In this document: positions 17,633 through 27,474 of the stretch, one piece after another
How positions within the stretch are numbered: position 1 is the first letter of the stretch
How the letters are laid out: the number at the start of each line of letters is the position of its first letter
IMG/VR virus record: IMGVR_UViG_3300021963_004241
Coordinates: 1-64,000 of that record
Direction: 5' to 3' (one strand)
Source: a virus
DNA length: 64,000 nucleotides
Translations under genes and position numbers: made by a program
The notes under the pieces: model-generated
The model's database searches: none
Seen by the model: the letters and a program-made list of their open reading frames with translations, nothing else
Told to the model about the DNA's origin: nothing

Positions 17633-17955
17633 ACTGAAAAGCTACTCCCACATCCACAAGTTGTTTGAGCATTTGGATTTTTAATTACAAATTGAGATCC
17701 TGAAAGATCTTCTTTATAATCAATCTCTGCACCTGCTAGGTACTGCATGCTCATAGAATCGACTACTACTTTCCAATTATCGTCTAACTGTATTTCGAAG
17801 TCATCGTCATTCTTTATTTCGTCAAATGTAAATCCGTAATTAAATCCCGAACATCCCCCGCCTTGTACAAATGTTCTTAACATAAGGGCTTTGTTATTTT
17901 CTTCTAATAACAAATCTATAACTTTATTTTTTGCAGAATCGGATATAGTAATCAT
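17629..17955 (-). CDS. A-type Fe-S carrier (ErpA/IscA/HesB)
   Basis: GGGCSGFNY...[14 protein letters not shown]. Confidence 0.92.
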   Translation of the reverse strand: MITISDSAKNKVIDLLLEENNKALMLRTFVQGGGCSGFNYGFTFDEIKNDDDFEIQLDDNWKVVVDSMSMQYLAGAEIDYKEDLSGSQFVIKNPNAQTTCGCGSSFSV

Positions 17956-18779
17956 GATGTTTTTTCTTTAAGTCCTAGTCCCGGTAATTCGAAGCCGCTA
18001 TTTTTAATAAGTTCTACAAAATTATTAGATTGCCAATCAACTGAATTGTTCCAGATTTTTAAATCTTCGTTCCAATTTCCTGTAGGATCTTGTTCGTGTA
18101 ACAAATAATTATGTTCGTCGATTCCAGAAATCATAATGGTTGATTCAGGTGATACTTGATATGCTAGATCAGTATCAGTGGCTACAAAACAGAAAGAATA
18201 ACCATCTCTGAATATATTAGATTGATTTTCGTCTGATCCATGCAACATATATGGATGATGCATTAAAAACTGTCCAGGTGTAGTTTCAACGTAATCCACA
18301 GCATCGTCTGCGTTTTGTTTGTCAAAGATTATTTTATCGTTAACTGTTTTATACTTGTGTGAATCTCTTACATATTTTAAACAGCCCATTTCTTTAGTCG
18401 AGCCGGATAAAGTAATCCATACGGTCAATGCGCGAGTTTGATCTTTAAAATTCCAGTAGATGCCATCTCTGTGATAAGGAACTTGTTTCTTATTTCTTGG
18501 ATCTTTATTCCATACGTATGAATCATAACAAGAAAAATTCGGTCCTATGATTTTCTTTACATATTCTATAAGTGTGGGATGCTTTGAAAGTTTATTAATA
18601 AATGGAAATAAGAAGTTTGCTTTTCTTCGATAGTCTGAGTTCATCCAATCTATTTCTTGGATATGCCTATCTCTTTCAGAGATAAAATAATCAAGCTCAT
18701 CTGCCTCTAGAAAATTTACAGGACCGTAATACCCTTGTTGATCAAATACTTCTTTAATATTTTCAGATTGGAACAACAT
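17952..18779 (-). CDS. Phytanoyl-CoA dioxygenase-family 2OG-Fe(II) oxygenase
   Basis: [32 protein letters not shown]...R. Confidence 0.85.
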   Translation of the reverse strand: MLFQSENIKEVFDQQGYYGPVNFLEADELDYFISERDRHIQEIDWMNSDYRRKANFLFPFINKLSKHPTLIEYVKKIIGPNFSCYDSYVWNKDPRNKKQVPYHRDGIYWNFKDQTRALTVWITLSGSTKEMGCLKYVRDSHKYKTVNDKIIFDKQNADDAVDYVETTPGQFLMHHPYMLHGSDENQSNIFRDGYSFCFVATDTDLAYQVSPESTIMISGIDEHNYLLHEQDPTGNWNEDLKIWNNSVDWQSNNFVELIKNSGFELPGLGLKEKTS

Positions 18780-19148
18780 TTAAACTCCGTACTTGTTACG
18801 TTTTACATTAGCAAGTGGACTTGTCTTATTAATAATTTTATCGGGTAATTCTTCAGATCCCTTTCCAGTCCCGGTATCGAATTTAATACCCATTCTTTTA
18901 GCAGCAGCTTGTCTTATTTCTCGATCCCCGTCGGTGTAATCCACCATGGCAAAGTCGCTGCCGATAGGACCCTCGTCATATATATCGGATACATCTGGTG
19001 ACGGTGCCAATGCAACACCGAATCGATAGGCAAGGTACGGATGATTGTTGTTGTCTAGATCTCCAGAAGCTGTAAGATTCGGCATACTTTGTCTAGTACT
19101 TTTGCGTAACGGTTTCTTATTTTCGTTGATGAATTCTTTAGCTCTCAT
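18780..19148 (-). CDS. Protein with MRAKEFINE tag
   Basis: ORF track. Confidence 0.65.
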   Translation of the reverse strand: MRAKEFINENKKPLRKSTRQSMPNLTASGDLDNNNHPYLAYRFGVALAPSPDVSDIYDEGPIGSDFAMVDYTDGDREIRQAAAKRMGIKFDTGTGKGSEELPDKIINKTSPLANVKRNKYGV

Positions 19149-19455
19149 TTTTTCCTCCTACTGGTTTTTCTCCTGTTAGGTAAGGTAAACTAAACCAAAG
19201 TTGAAACCATTCTGGAGTGCCTGGCTTGATATTATTTTCTTTTTCTAATCTTTGCTTTTCCATTCCTGTTACGGAAACATTGCTGCCTTGATTTAACTGA
19301 GACTTGTATTCTGTTAATCTCGCTTGAGCGCCTAAGCCCCCAAGGTATTGCATTCTTTTTATTTCGTGAATGGGATCGTTAGGAGCAAGATAGCAATCGT
19401 CTGAGCTATCTTGATTGACAGAATTTTCAGATGTAATTTTATATTGTTTAATCAC
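19138..19455 (-). CDS. Hypothetical protein
   Basis: C-terminal IKPGTPEWFQLWFSLPYLTGE. Confidence 0.65.
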   Translation of the reverse strand: MIKQYKITSENSVNQDSSDDCYLAPNDPIHEIKRMQYLGGLGAQARLTEYKSQLNQGSNVSVTGMEKQRLEKENNIKPGTPEWFQLWFSLPYLTGEKPVGGKNES

Positions 19456-20362
19456 GATCTATCTCCATTCCGCCATGTAATTCATCTTGTATTTCATCCC
19501 AGGTTTCACCATAGCGATCTTTAAATTCTGCAACTATTTCGTTTATAATTTCGTCGAGATCTTCGGGATATAGATAATCTGATATTGAATAACCGGCATT
19601 AGTATCAGTTCTATCGGCTAAGATACGATTTTCACCGGTGTTGATATTTACTTGGAAATCTATCCAACCAGTTGGTCGTTCATCGTCGCCTTCGATTTCA
19701 ACATCTTCGCCGTAGAGTATGACTCCTTCGTCGGTATTTTCGATTCCATACCATCCCGAAGCACCTGGTATTTTAATTTCTTCTGCTGACTTAGCATCCT
19801 CAGTTACATCTTGTTGGACAAACTGCACATTTAGTTTGGCACTTTTCCATAATGGATTTTTAGGGTCCATTCTCTGTTGTAGTAGCCATATAGCAGATAC
19901 CCTGTGGGCACCATCTTCAAACTTACCGTTTAATACTATTGCTGGTGGTAACTTCGCTAAACTGTCTGGGTGATCCTTTAAGTAGGTAGCATATTCAATG
20001 ACCTTTTTTGTAACACCCCAACTGTAGTCTTTAGCGTCCCAATCATCAACTACATTATTATAATAAGGCACACCCGGTACAGATGATATAATATCTTTTA
20101 CAGTCATTTGGCGAGTTTGTATTTTAGCATCGGAGCCAAACTGTTTTGGAGCACCCGAACTCGGTCCTGGTTGAGGAACGCCTTCTGCAATCTTATCTGT
20201 AGCACAGGTTTCTTTTTCTACAGAAAACTCTTTTTCTGGAAACTTTGCTTTGAGGTGTTTAAGCATCGTAATAGCTTCCCAGCTGTCTTGATATTGAGCT
20301 GCCGGTTTACCATTTACGAACAAAATAAATTTAGAGCTTTCTTTTAATTCTTTTACTCTCAT
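19448..20362 (-). CDS. Modular protein (MRVKELKE tag) with a ParB/Srx-like domain
   Basis: Start reassigned to MRVKEL; PPAIVLNGKFEDGAHRV. Confidence 0.6.
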   Translation of the reverse strand: MRVKELKESSKFILFVNGKPAAQYQDSWEAITMLKHLKAKFPEKEFSVEKETCATDKIAEGVPQPGPSSGAPKQFGSDAKIQTRQMTVKDIISSVPGVPYYNNVVDDWDAKDYSWGVTKKVIEYATYLKDHPDSLAKLPPAIVLNGKFEDGAHRVSAIWLLQQRMDPKNPLWKSAKLNVQFVQQDVTEDAKSAEEIKIPGASGWYGIENTDEGVILYGEDVEIEGDDERPTGWIDFQVNINTGENRILADRTDTNAGYSISDYLYPEDLDEIINEIVAEFKDRYGETWDEIQDELHGGMEIDRD

Positions 20363-20363
20363 T

Positions 20364-20990
20364 TTATTTTCTTGATTGTTTAGGGCCTTGTCTGGTTTTC
20401 CATTTTTTATCAGTGGAGCAATAATAACGGCCGTAACCTTCTGCAACATCCATTTCTTGTTTTTTATGTTTAACGTCGCCTTGCTTGGCAGCTTTCTTTT
20501 TGTCTTTATGTGCGCCGGCACCACTAGTCTTTTGATTCTTAGCAACAAAATTTCTAGGCTTTAATGCTTTTTTGGGATCTACAGATTCTCGCTTCCACTT
20601 ATGTTCGTCCATTTCGTATTGTAGTTCAAGGACTTGATTATCTAGATCTCTTAATAGATACTTGAAAGGTTCATCAATTCCGTAGACAGCCGATTCTAGA
20701 GCATTCATAGCTTCTTCAGCATCTGATATAGCAGATTCGATTTCGCTTTTATAACCTTTATCTTCGAAATCAATTTTTTCTGCCAACTGTCTAATCCTTA
20801 CAATGATATTAGAAACAGTGTCATCATATTTTATTTCGGTGGTGATTTTTTGAGCTTCTCGGGCAAGACTTTCTACAACATCTTTTTGTTGTTCAGCGAC
20901 AGCGATTAATTTTTTAAGTTCGTCAACGGGGCGTGGATAATTATCATCTGCCTCTTCTTTTACTTTATGTATAAATTCATTCAATCTCAT
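20364..20990 (-). CDS. Modular protein (MRLNEF tag): coiled coil plus basic peptides
   Basis: Start reassigned; DVAE followed by GYGRYYCSTDKKWK. Confidence 0.6.
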   Translation of the reverse strand: MRLNEFIHKVKEEADDNYPRPVDELKKLIAVAEQQKDVVESLAREAQKITTEIKYDDTVSNIIVRIRQLAEKIDFEDKGYKSEIESAISDAEEAMNALESAVYGIDEPFKYLLRDLDNQVLELQYEMDEHKWKRESVDPKKALKPRNFVAKNQKTSGAGAHKDKKKAAKQGDVKHKKQEMDVAEGYGRYYCSTDKKWKTRQGPKQSRK

Positions 20991-21339
20991 TGTCGTAGTC
21001 GCCTTTATGTATATGCTTTGATTGCTCCTCTGCAAATCTTTCAGCTAATTTTTTTATTTCGTCTTCGTTAAATATTTCATCTTTATGATCCATTAGATCG
21101 AATTCTCTGCAATATGCTTCTGCACATTTCTGCAAAGGAACTATATAGTGTGTAAAAGATTCTGGATGATCCGGAGCAACCAGATGGTGCTTTAGGGCAG
21201 GGAAGATATGATTGCTCAGCATCTTATCGTTGTTATCTATCCAGAATTTTAAATCGTTCACATAATCGACATCTTTGTCAAATTTTTTATCTTTGACATC
21301 GTCAACACCGGGCACGGAAAACAATTCCATTAATTTCAT
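20977..21339 (-). CDS. Hypothetical protein (MKLMELF tag)
   Basis: ORF track. Confidence 0.6.
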   Translation of the reverse strand: MKLMELFSVPGVDDVKDKKFDKDVDYVNDLKFWIDNNDKMLSNHIFPALKHHLVAPDHPESFTHYIVPLQKCAEAYCREFDLMDHKDEIFNEDEIKKLAERFAEEQSKHIHKGDYDNEIE

Positions 21340-22298
21340 TACCAGCTCCTACAAGACCAGTAACGTGCTTTCCAACGTGGACCTGGATTCTTACAATTGT
21401 GTCTTGCACGGAATGATTTTCTACGTGCAGGATTTGATTTTTTAATACGCATCTTCTTATCGCCAAAGTTTACTTTGACGATATTGCCATTTGGTTTGCG
21501 CACATATACTTTTGATTTCTTGACATCCCCTGCCATTTTCTTACCTAAGGGGACTTCTCTACCTTGATATTTTGCTTCGTCGACATCTAGATCTTCTGGC
21601 AATTTACCTTTTGGTCCGGTGATTTTTTCGTCTTGATCTGGATTATTCCCAGCAGTATGCCATCCACCTTTGGTTGTTTGGCCCTTGGCCATTTGCTTAT
21701 ACTTTTCGGGGTTAGCAGTCGGTGTTGCTTTTTTACTGCGACTTGCTAGTTCATCACTACTACGATCTTTTGCACTTTTATCTTTTTCTTTATGGAAGTA
21801 GAAATATTCTCCTAATTGATCTTCCCCTATCTTTTTGCAAGAGCCTTTTTCGCCGCGAGCTTTTCCTGGTACTTTTCTATGACCCTTCCAGCATTTATCG
21901 TAAATTTTACTATTACCGTGTTGTTCTCCCTCGACTATTTCGCCTTCGTCGAAAGTAAACCCGCTATCTTCGAGGAATCTTAAACTAGCATCATCTAGTT
22001 CAATAACGATTCCGTCTTCTAAGAAATCAACGATCTCTGTTCCGATTTCAAAATCTTCTGAAATGCTGATGCCAAATGCATCGCCCATTTCGAATACACC
22101 AGCAGCTTTAGCTTCTTTTTCAAGATCTGCTCTGCGCTGATCGATAGCTTTGGTAATATCGGGTTCTTTTGAAGCAGCAGGATCGTTTTCTAGGTCGTCC
22201 AGTGCTTGGCTTTTTGCTTGATAGTCACCCTTGGGATCCTTTGGATTCAGGGCAGTTTCATTGACGATAGCGTCTAATTTTGATAATAGGTCTCTCAT
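21339..22298 (-). CDS. Modular putative internal protein with basic Cys-containing peptides
   Basis: KCWKGHRK...GSC; VDE followed by AKYQGREV...RHNC...YWSCRSW. Confidence 0.6.
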   Translation of the reverse strand: MRDLLSKLDAIVNETALNPKDPKGDYQAKSQALDDLENDPAASKEPDITKAIDQRRADLEKEAKAAGVFEMGDAFGISISEDFEIGTEIVDFLEDGIVIELDDASLRFLEDSGFTFDEGEIVEGEQHGNSKIYDKCWKGHRKVPGKARGEKGSCKKIGEDQLGEYFYFHKEKDKSAKDRSSDELASRSKKATPTANPEKYKQMAKGQTTKGGWHTAGNNPDQDEKITGPKGKLPEDLDVDEAKYQGREVPLGKKMAGDVKKSKVYVRKPNGNIVKVNFGDKKMRIKKSNPARRKSFRARHNCKNPGPRWKARYWSCRSW

Positions 22299-22342
22299 AG
22301 TATCTTCCAGAAGATGATACTATATTTATCTAGTTTGAATTA

Positions 22343-22711
22343 TCAGTGATTGAATCTAATTTCGCGTATAGTGCCCTCTTGCAGTATGTAACCTGCACGT
22401 ATCCATACAAAATTTCCAGTGAAATTTCTATATGCTGCGGATACTAATGGAGTACTATCGAGTGCAGTAAGATCAACTGGGTTTGAGTCATATGTAACAT
22501 CGAACCAATCGTCTTCTGTGGGACTAAGTGCCAGGGTTGCCTGTATCTTTACAGCACCTTTAAAGTTATCGAATAGGAATACAACGGTATGTTTACCGTC
22601 ACCTAGGTTATAATAACCGTCGCCCTTCTGTTTTTCTGTATAGGTATACTTGGAAAAATCAGCTGATTTTGTAGATGTTTGGGCTAATAATACTGTACTT
22701 TGACTTGGCAT
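22343..22711 (-). CDS. Hypothetical beta-rich (probably virion) protein
   Basis: ORF preceded by TAAATA. Confidence 0.6.
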   Translation of the reverse strand: MPSQSTVLLAQTSTKSADFSKYTYTEKQKGDGYYNLGDGKHTVVFLFDNFKGAVKIQATLALSPTEDDWFDVTYDSNPVDLTALDSTPLVSAAYRNFTGNFVWIRAGYILQEGTIREIRFNH

Positions 22712-22716
22712 AGTAA

Positions 22717-23397
22717 TTATTTATCTGCTTTTACATATTCATAAACCTGGCCCAAAACTTCTGAGTTCCTGAGGTTTAACATCAGCAGAGTATCCTTATC
22801 TTCGACATACATATAGCGTCGATCCCAGTTCCAATCAGTTTCAATAAACCACTTTTTAACACTATTGGAAATTAAAACGTGTTCCGATTGTGTGTCTAAC
22901 CAGTTTAAATAATTCTTTTTATTCGGAATATCGTGGGCTAGTTTATGTGGCTTCAAATATACTTTGTAACGATATTTGTCATGTGGTAGTTTTTTACAGA
23001 CTATTTTCTTTTCCTGATCCAATACACTCAGCGAGTCTAATTTTGGTTCAGATAGTCTCGTAATTAATGTAGAAAAGTTACTTCTAGCTGATTCGTAGAA
23101 GTCTCTGCTGTTTGTATATAGATCTATGCTGTATCTTTCAATCCTGGTAGAATATAAGCTGTGATCAAACGACTGCAAAAATCGACTCAAATTAAGTATA
23201 GAATCTCTATTATGCCAACTTTCTTTGAATATTCTATTCCAGAATGCATTTGAATCTAGAGGTTCTTCGCCTAGGCAGAATTTTTCTACATCCTCGTGGC
23301 TTCTGGCACGGAAAATGGTTACACCGGGTAACGTTAATGTCACCTTGTATAACCATTTGTTGTAAAATTTACGTTTTGTCTCTTTGGGCTTAATCAT
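22717..23397 (-). CDS. Hypothetical protein
   Basis: ORF track. Confidence 0.65.
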   Translation of the reverse strand: MIKPKETKRKFYNKWLYKVTLTLPGVTIFRARSHEDVEKFCLGEEPLDSNAFWNRIFKESWHNRDSILNLSRFLQSFDHSLYSTRIERYSIDLYTNSRDFYESARSNFSTLITRLSEPKLDSLSVLDQEKKIVCKKLPHDKYRYKVYLKPHKLAHDIPNKKNYLNWLDTQSEHVLISNSVKKWFIETDWNWDRRYMYVEDKDTLLMLNLRNSEVLGQVYEYVKADK

Positions 23398-25696
23398 TTA
23401 TCGATGTTGTGCTAACAGATAAGGTATCGGCATCGGGACCTTTAATCATTTTTCTTTTATTTTCTAAAATCTCAAAAATGATCTTATTATCTTTAATATC
23501 GATGACTACCTTTCCGCCTTGTTGTAAATCGCCGAACAATATCTTTCTACTCAATGGAGATTTGATTTCGTTATCAATTAACCTCGATAACGGTCTTGCA
23601 CCCATCTTACTATCATAACCGTGTTTAGCTAGATAGTCAACTGCTTCGTTTGTGGGAGCAAGTTCAATATTTTTCTCTTTAAGTTGTGTTCCGAGATCTT
23701 TAATAAACTTAACAACAATACTCTTGACAGTTTCTGATGAAAGTTTGCTAAATTTGATAATAGCATCTAGACGATTTCTGAATTCAGGAGCAAAGAATTT
23801 CTTAGCAGCTTTGTCATCTTCGCCAGTTTTATCTAAAGTTCCAAAACCGATAGTGTTCTTCTCATTATCAGAAGCACCCAAGTTACTGGTCATAATCAAA
23901 ATAGTATTTCGTCCGTCTGCTTGTTTACCATTTGAACCAGTAACAAACCCATTGTCCATAAACTGTAACAGAATATTACTAACATCTGGATGAGCTTTTT
24001 CAATTTCATCCAACAATAGGATACAATTAGGATTTTCTTGTAGCTTAGTAATCAGTTGACCGGCATTGTCTTCATACCCGACATAGCCCGGAGGAGCACC
24101 GATTAGTCTTGCTACTGAATGTTTCTCCTGATATTCGCTCATGTCAAATCGGATTAACGGCATTGACATCTTATCGCTAAGTTGTTTAGCAGTTTCTGTC
24201 TTACCAGTACCAGTAGGTCCTAGGAACAAGAAGCATCCGATAGGTTTGTTAGGACTTTTCATTCCTGCTTGTGCAATAAAAATCTTATCTAACAGATTAT
24301 CTACAGCATTGTCCTGACCGTACACTACTGCTTTCATGTTCTTTTCGAGATTAGAAAGATTTTTGCTTTCTTTTTGTGCTACAGTTTCAAGAGGCATATT
24401 AGTCATTTTGCTGAGTTCAAACATTACCTGTTCTACATCAACAATATTAATAACGTCTACGCCTTCGTCCTCATCTTTAAGTTTGTATCGAGCACACGCA
24501 CAGTCTAAAATATCAATAGCCTTATCTGGTAACTTCTTGTCGCTCATGTATTTGATTGACAGCTTTACAGATTGATCGATTGCAGCATCTGTAATTTTTA
24601 CATTATGATGCTTTTCATAATATTTCTTAATACCTTTGAGAATCTTAACAGTAGTTTCTGCTGAAGGTTCATCAATAGTAACACGTTGGAAACGACGCAT
24701 TAATGCACGATCACTTTCGAAGTGTTTGCGATATTCTTCCCAGGTAGTTGATGCAATTAACTTAATAACACCTTTAGTTAAGATAGGCTTGAGCATATTG
24801 GCCATGTCGTTACTACTGTTATTAGCAGCACCGGCACCCTGCATCATGTGAGCTTCATCAATAAACAGAATGATCTTGCCTTTGCGTTCTAGCGCAGACA
24901 ACACTGCCTTGATACGCTCTTCGAAATCTCCTCGATATTTACTGCCTGCAAGCAAGGCACTGATATCCAGTGTGTAAACCTGGTGGTCTTGAATAAACTT
25001 AGGAACTTTCTTTTCGAAGATCTTACGGGCGATACCTTCTGCAATAGCAGTCTTACCTACACCCGGATCACCAACCATTAGGACGTTGCTCTTATTGCGT
25101 CTAGCAAGCACCAGTTGGATCTTTTCGATTTCTTCTTCTCGTCCGATAACTGGATCAATCTTTTTCTGTTTTGCAGCCAAGCTAAGATTGGTGCAATACA
25201 TATTGATTACTTTTTCGATTTGATTAGGATTAGTCAATTGATGTTCTTGTTCTTCTTCTGAATCTACATTATTATGGTAGAATTTTACAAACTTGTCTTT
25301 GATAACACCGCCCTTGGTAAGGAAGTAGAAACCAAAACTATTTTTCTCGCTTAAAATACTTATAATAACATCCGCAGGTTCCATGGTTTGTCGCCCGCTA
25401 AACAGTACCTGCGTAAAGCATCTATTTAAAACACGTTCTACAGAATTAGTTTTACGGGGCTTATAATTTTCGTCGTCAACTACTAGTTCGTTAAGATTAG
25501 TCTTAACGAAACTAGAAATGTTTTCTTTGATAAAATTAGTATCTGCCCCGAACCTTTCCAATAGATCGGATGTAGGCTGATCCATCATGATACTATAGAC
25601 TAGATGTTCTATAGTAATGTATTGATGTTTGTTTTCTTTAGCGATAGTAATAGCTCGCTCGAAGATTTCTTGTAATGTATTGCTAGGTTCGATCAT
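23390..25696 (-). CDS. clpA: ClpA/ClpB-family AAA+ chaperone
   Basis: Clp N domain and two AAA modules (GDPGVGKT/FIDEAH; GPTGTGKT/LLDEIEKAH), with no ClpB-type middle domain. Start MIEPS overlaps the def stop. Confidence 0.9.
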   Translation of the reverse strand: MIEPSNTLQEIFERAITIAKENKHQYITIEHLVYSIMMDQPTSDLLERFGADTNFIKENISSFVKTNLNELVVDDENYKPRKTNSVERVLNRCFTQVLFSGRQTMEPADVIISILSEKNSFGFYFLTKGGVIKDKFVKFYHNNVDSEEEQEHQLTNPNQIEKVINMYCTNLSLAAKQKKIDPVIGREEEIEKIQLVLARRNKSNVLMVGDPGVGKTAIAEGIARKIFEKKVPKFIQDHQVYTLDISALLAGSKYRGDFEERIKAVLSALERKGKIILFIDEAHMMQGAGAANNSSNDMANMLKPILTKGVIKLIASTTWEEYRKHFESDRALMRRFQRVTIDEPSAETTVKILKGIKKYYEKHHNVKITDAAIDQSVKLSIKYMSDKKLPDKAIDILDCACARYKLKDEDEGVDVINIVDVEQVMFELSKMTNMPLETVAQKESKNLSNLEKNMKAVVYGQDNAVDNLLDKIFIAQAGMKSPNKPIGCFLFLGPTGTGKTETAKQLSDKMSMPLIRFDMSEYQEKHSVARLIGAPPGYVGYEDNAGQLITKLQENPNCILLLDEIEKAHPDVSNILLQFMDNGFVTGSNGKQADGRNTILIMTSNLGASDNEKNTIGFGTLDKTGEDDKAAKKFFAPEFRNRLDAIIKFSKLSSETVKSIVVKFIKDLGTQLKEKNIELAPTNEAVDYLAKHGYDSKMGARPLSRLIDNEIKSPLSRKILFGDLQQGGKVVIDIKDNKIIFEILENKRKMIKGPDADTLSVSTTSIND

Positions 25697-26193
25697 TTGT
25701 TGGCGGTCTTCCTTAGTTTCTTCATAGCTAATTGTAACTTCATCTGACTGACTCTGTCTACGAAACATACACCATTAAGGTGATCGTATTCGTGCTGGAA
25801 ACACTTGCTAAGATATCCGTCTATCTTTATTTCTCTTGTAATACCCTTCGAATCTGCATATTCTGCTACAATCCATTTAGGTCGTTTAACCATAAGCCAT
25901 AGTCCGGGATAACTTAGGCATCCTTCTTGATCTATAACTAATTCAGTGCTTGCTTCTATGATTTTAGGATTAAAAATCGCAAAAGATTTAGGGAATCCGG
26001 GTATGTTATCGCTGCCCATTACAAAGACAGATTTTGTTAAGCCTACTTGATTGGCAGCAAGTCCTATTCCTTTGTTAGCTAACATAAAGGAAATAAGATC
26101 TTTTTCTAATTTTTCGGCATCGCCGTCTTGAGAAAAGTCCCAAGGAGTGCTAACCTCAGCGAGGCTATCGTGCGGGCCTAATTTATATTCCAT
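25693..26193 (-). CDS. def: Peptide deformylase
   Basis: GIGLAANQVG, EGCLS, QHEYDHL. Confidence 0.95.
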   Translation of the reverse strand: MEYKLGPHDSLAEVSTPWDFSQDGDAEKLEKDLISFMLANKGIGLAANQVGLTKSVFVMGSDNIPGFPKSFAIFNPKIIEASTELVIDQEGCLSYPGLWLMVKRPKWIVAEYADSKGITREIKIDGYLSKCFQHEYDHLNGVCFVDRVSQMKLQLAMKKLRKTANK

Positions 26194-27046
26194 TTCTTAT
26201 TTGTTCTACTAGATCTTTTTGCTTAGGTGTTAAGCTTCTTGGAACAGAGACTTTAACTCTAATGAAAAGATTTCCTCTTTGACCGGTTCTTATGTTAGGT
26301 AATCCTTCACCAGAACAGCTAAGAACAGTATCTGGTTGTGTGCCAGCAGGTATACCTATAGTTAATTCTTTACCTTCGGGGGTAGTAATCTGTATACCAG
26401 TGCCCATAATAGCATCCCACACGGGTAATTTATATTCGCATACTAGATTATCGCCTTCTCTGGTATAGAACTCATCTCTTTTAATTCTAATATTAACTAT
26501 AAGATCGCCCGGAGGAATACCTGCTATTGAGGTATCTCCCATTCCTGTATATTTGATCTGTTGACCGTCGTCGACTCCTGCAGGAATATTAATATTAATT
26601 AATTTCTTCTGTCCGCCGGATATAGTAAGTTCTGCTTCAAGATCCTTACCTTTTATTACGTCAACTAGTGTAAGCTCTACAGTTATAGCAACATTTGAAT
26701 TTTTTCTTCGTTGATGTTGCTGTTGACCGCCAAAGCCAAAGTGTGTAAAAATGTCATTGAACGGGTGACCAAAACCAAAGGGACTGTTTCCTGTATGGAA
26801 ATGAAATTCCTGGAATCCAGGACCACCGCCCCCGCCTTGATTTTGTTTAAGCGGATCGATACCCATGTCGACCATTTGCTTTTTCTGTGGATCGCTTAAT
26901 ATTTCGTAAGCTTCATTAATTTTTTTAAATTGCTTTTCGTCACCACCTCGGTCAGGGTGATGCTGCATCGCTGCTTTGCGAAATGCTTTTTTAATTTCTT
27001 CGGAGCTTGCTCCTCTTTGTAAACCTAATACGCTGTAATAGTCCAT
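26183..27046 (-). CDS. DnaJ-class co-chaperone (CbpA-like, no Zn finger)
   Basis: MDYYSVLG...HPD J domain, G/F-rich linker and C-terminal domain. Confidence 0.92.
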   Translation of the reverse strand: MDYYSVLGLQRGASSEEIKKAFRKAAMQHHPDRGGDEKQFKKINEAYEILSDPQKKQMVDMGIDPLKQNQGGGGGPGFQEFHFHTGNSPFGFGHPFNDIFTHFGFGGQQQHQRRKNSNVAITVELTLVDVIKGKDLEAELTISGGQKKLININIPAGVDDGQQIKYTGMGDTSIAGIPPGDLIVNIRIKRDEFYTREGDNLVCEYKLPVWDAIMGTGIQITTPEGKELTIGIPAGTQPDTVLSCSGEGLPNIRTGQRGNLFIRVKVSVPRSLTPKQKDLVEQIRNGI

Positions 27047-27053
27047 AGTTCCT

Positions 27054-27082
27054 ATTATACAAAAACAAAAGGACTGTGTCAA
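27054..27082 (-). promoter_or_regulatory. Perfect sigma70 promoter
   Basis: TTGACA-17nt-TATAAT, 7 nt before the dnaJ ATG. Confidence 0.85.
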
Positions 27083-27093
27083 ACAGTCCTTTT
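27067..27093 (-). terminator. Intrinsic terminator after the lysis cassette
   Basis: AAAAGGACTGT-loop-ACAGTCCTTTT. Confidence 0.85.
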
Positions 27094-27116
27094 ATTTACT
27101 ACTTTTCTAAGCCTGA

Positions 27117-27338
27117 TTATTTTTTCTTGGCATCTTCAAGCTTTGTGCCTTCGTGCTTCTTGTGTTTCTTTACTTCTTTGCATTCTTGCTTTGGCTTCTT
27201 AGTCTTTGGATCAATTACAGGCTTGCCGTCTTTGCCCTGTACATCAACGCATACTTTGGTTGTTTCTGCGGCATCTGCTGCATACACGGGATACGATAGT
27301 GCCAAAGCCAACCCTGCTACAAAAATTATATGTTTCAT
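27117..27338 (-). CDS. Small secreted basic protein
   Basis: Sec signal MKHIIFVAGLALALSYPVYA; two Cys. Confidence 0.7.
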   Translation of the reverse strand: MKHIIFVAGLALALSYPVYAADAAETTKVCVDVQGKDGKPVIDPKTKKPKQECKEVKKHKKHEGTKLEDAKKK

Positions 27339-27463
27339 TTGACTTCTCCTGATTTTTTAAACATAGCCAATACTCTGGCCTGTATTGTTTTTGCAAACTC
27401 CGGTTGCGGAAAATTCCATCCGACAAATGCTCCTAATGCTAGCCAAAATAATGTTTCTAACAT
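27335..27463 (-). CDS. 42-aa membrane protein
   Basis: Manual translation MLETLFWLALGAFVGWNFPQPEF...; AAGGAG SD. Confidence 0.65.
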   Translation of the reverse strand: MLETLFWLALGAFVGWNFPQPEFAKTIQARVLAMFKKSGEVK

Positions 27464-27474
27464 ATTTTATCTCC

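Noticed and set aside
17952-18779. Second oxygenase as another repeat-flanked cassette
   Set aside because: No duplicated flanking sequence seen at either junction.
20363-20548. ORF-track N-terminal extensions (also 25697-25768, 13935-14012, 56803-56877)
   Set aside because: They overlap upstream genes or regulatory elements; downstream starts have SD sequences, coupling or the shared tag.
22299-22330. Overlapping inverted repeats in the leader of the 319-aa gene
   Set aside because: Short and AT-rich; could be chance.
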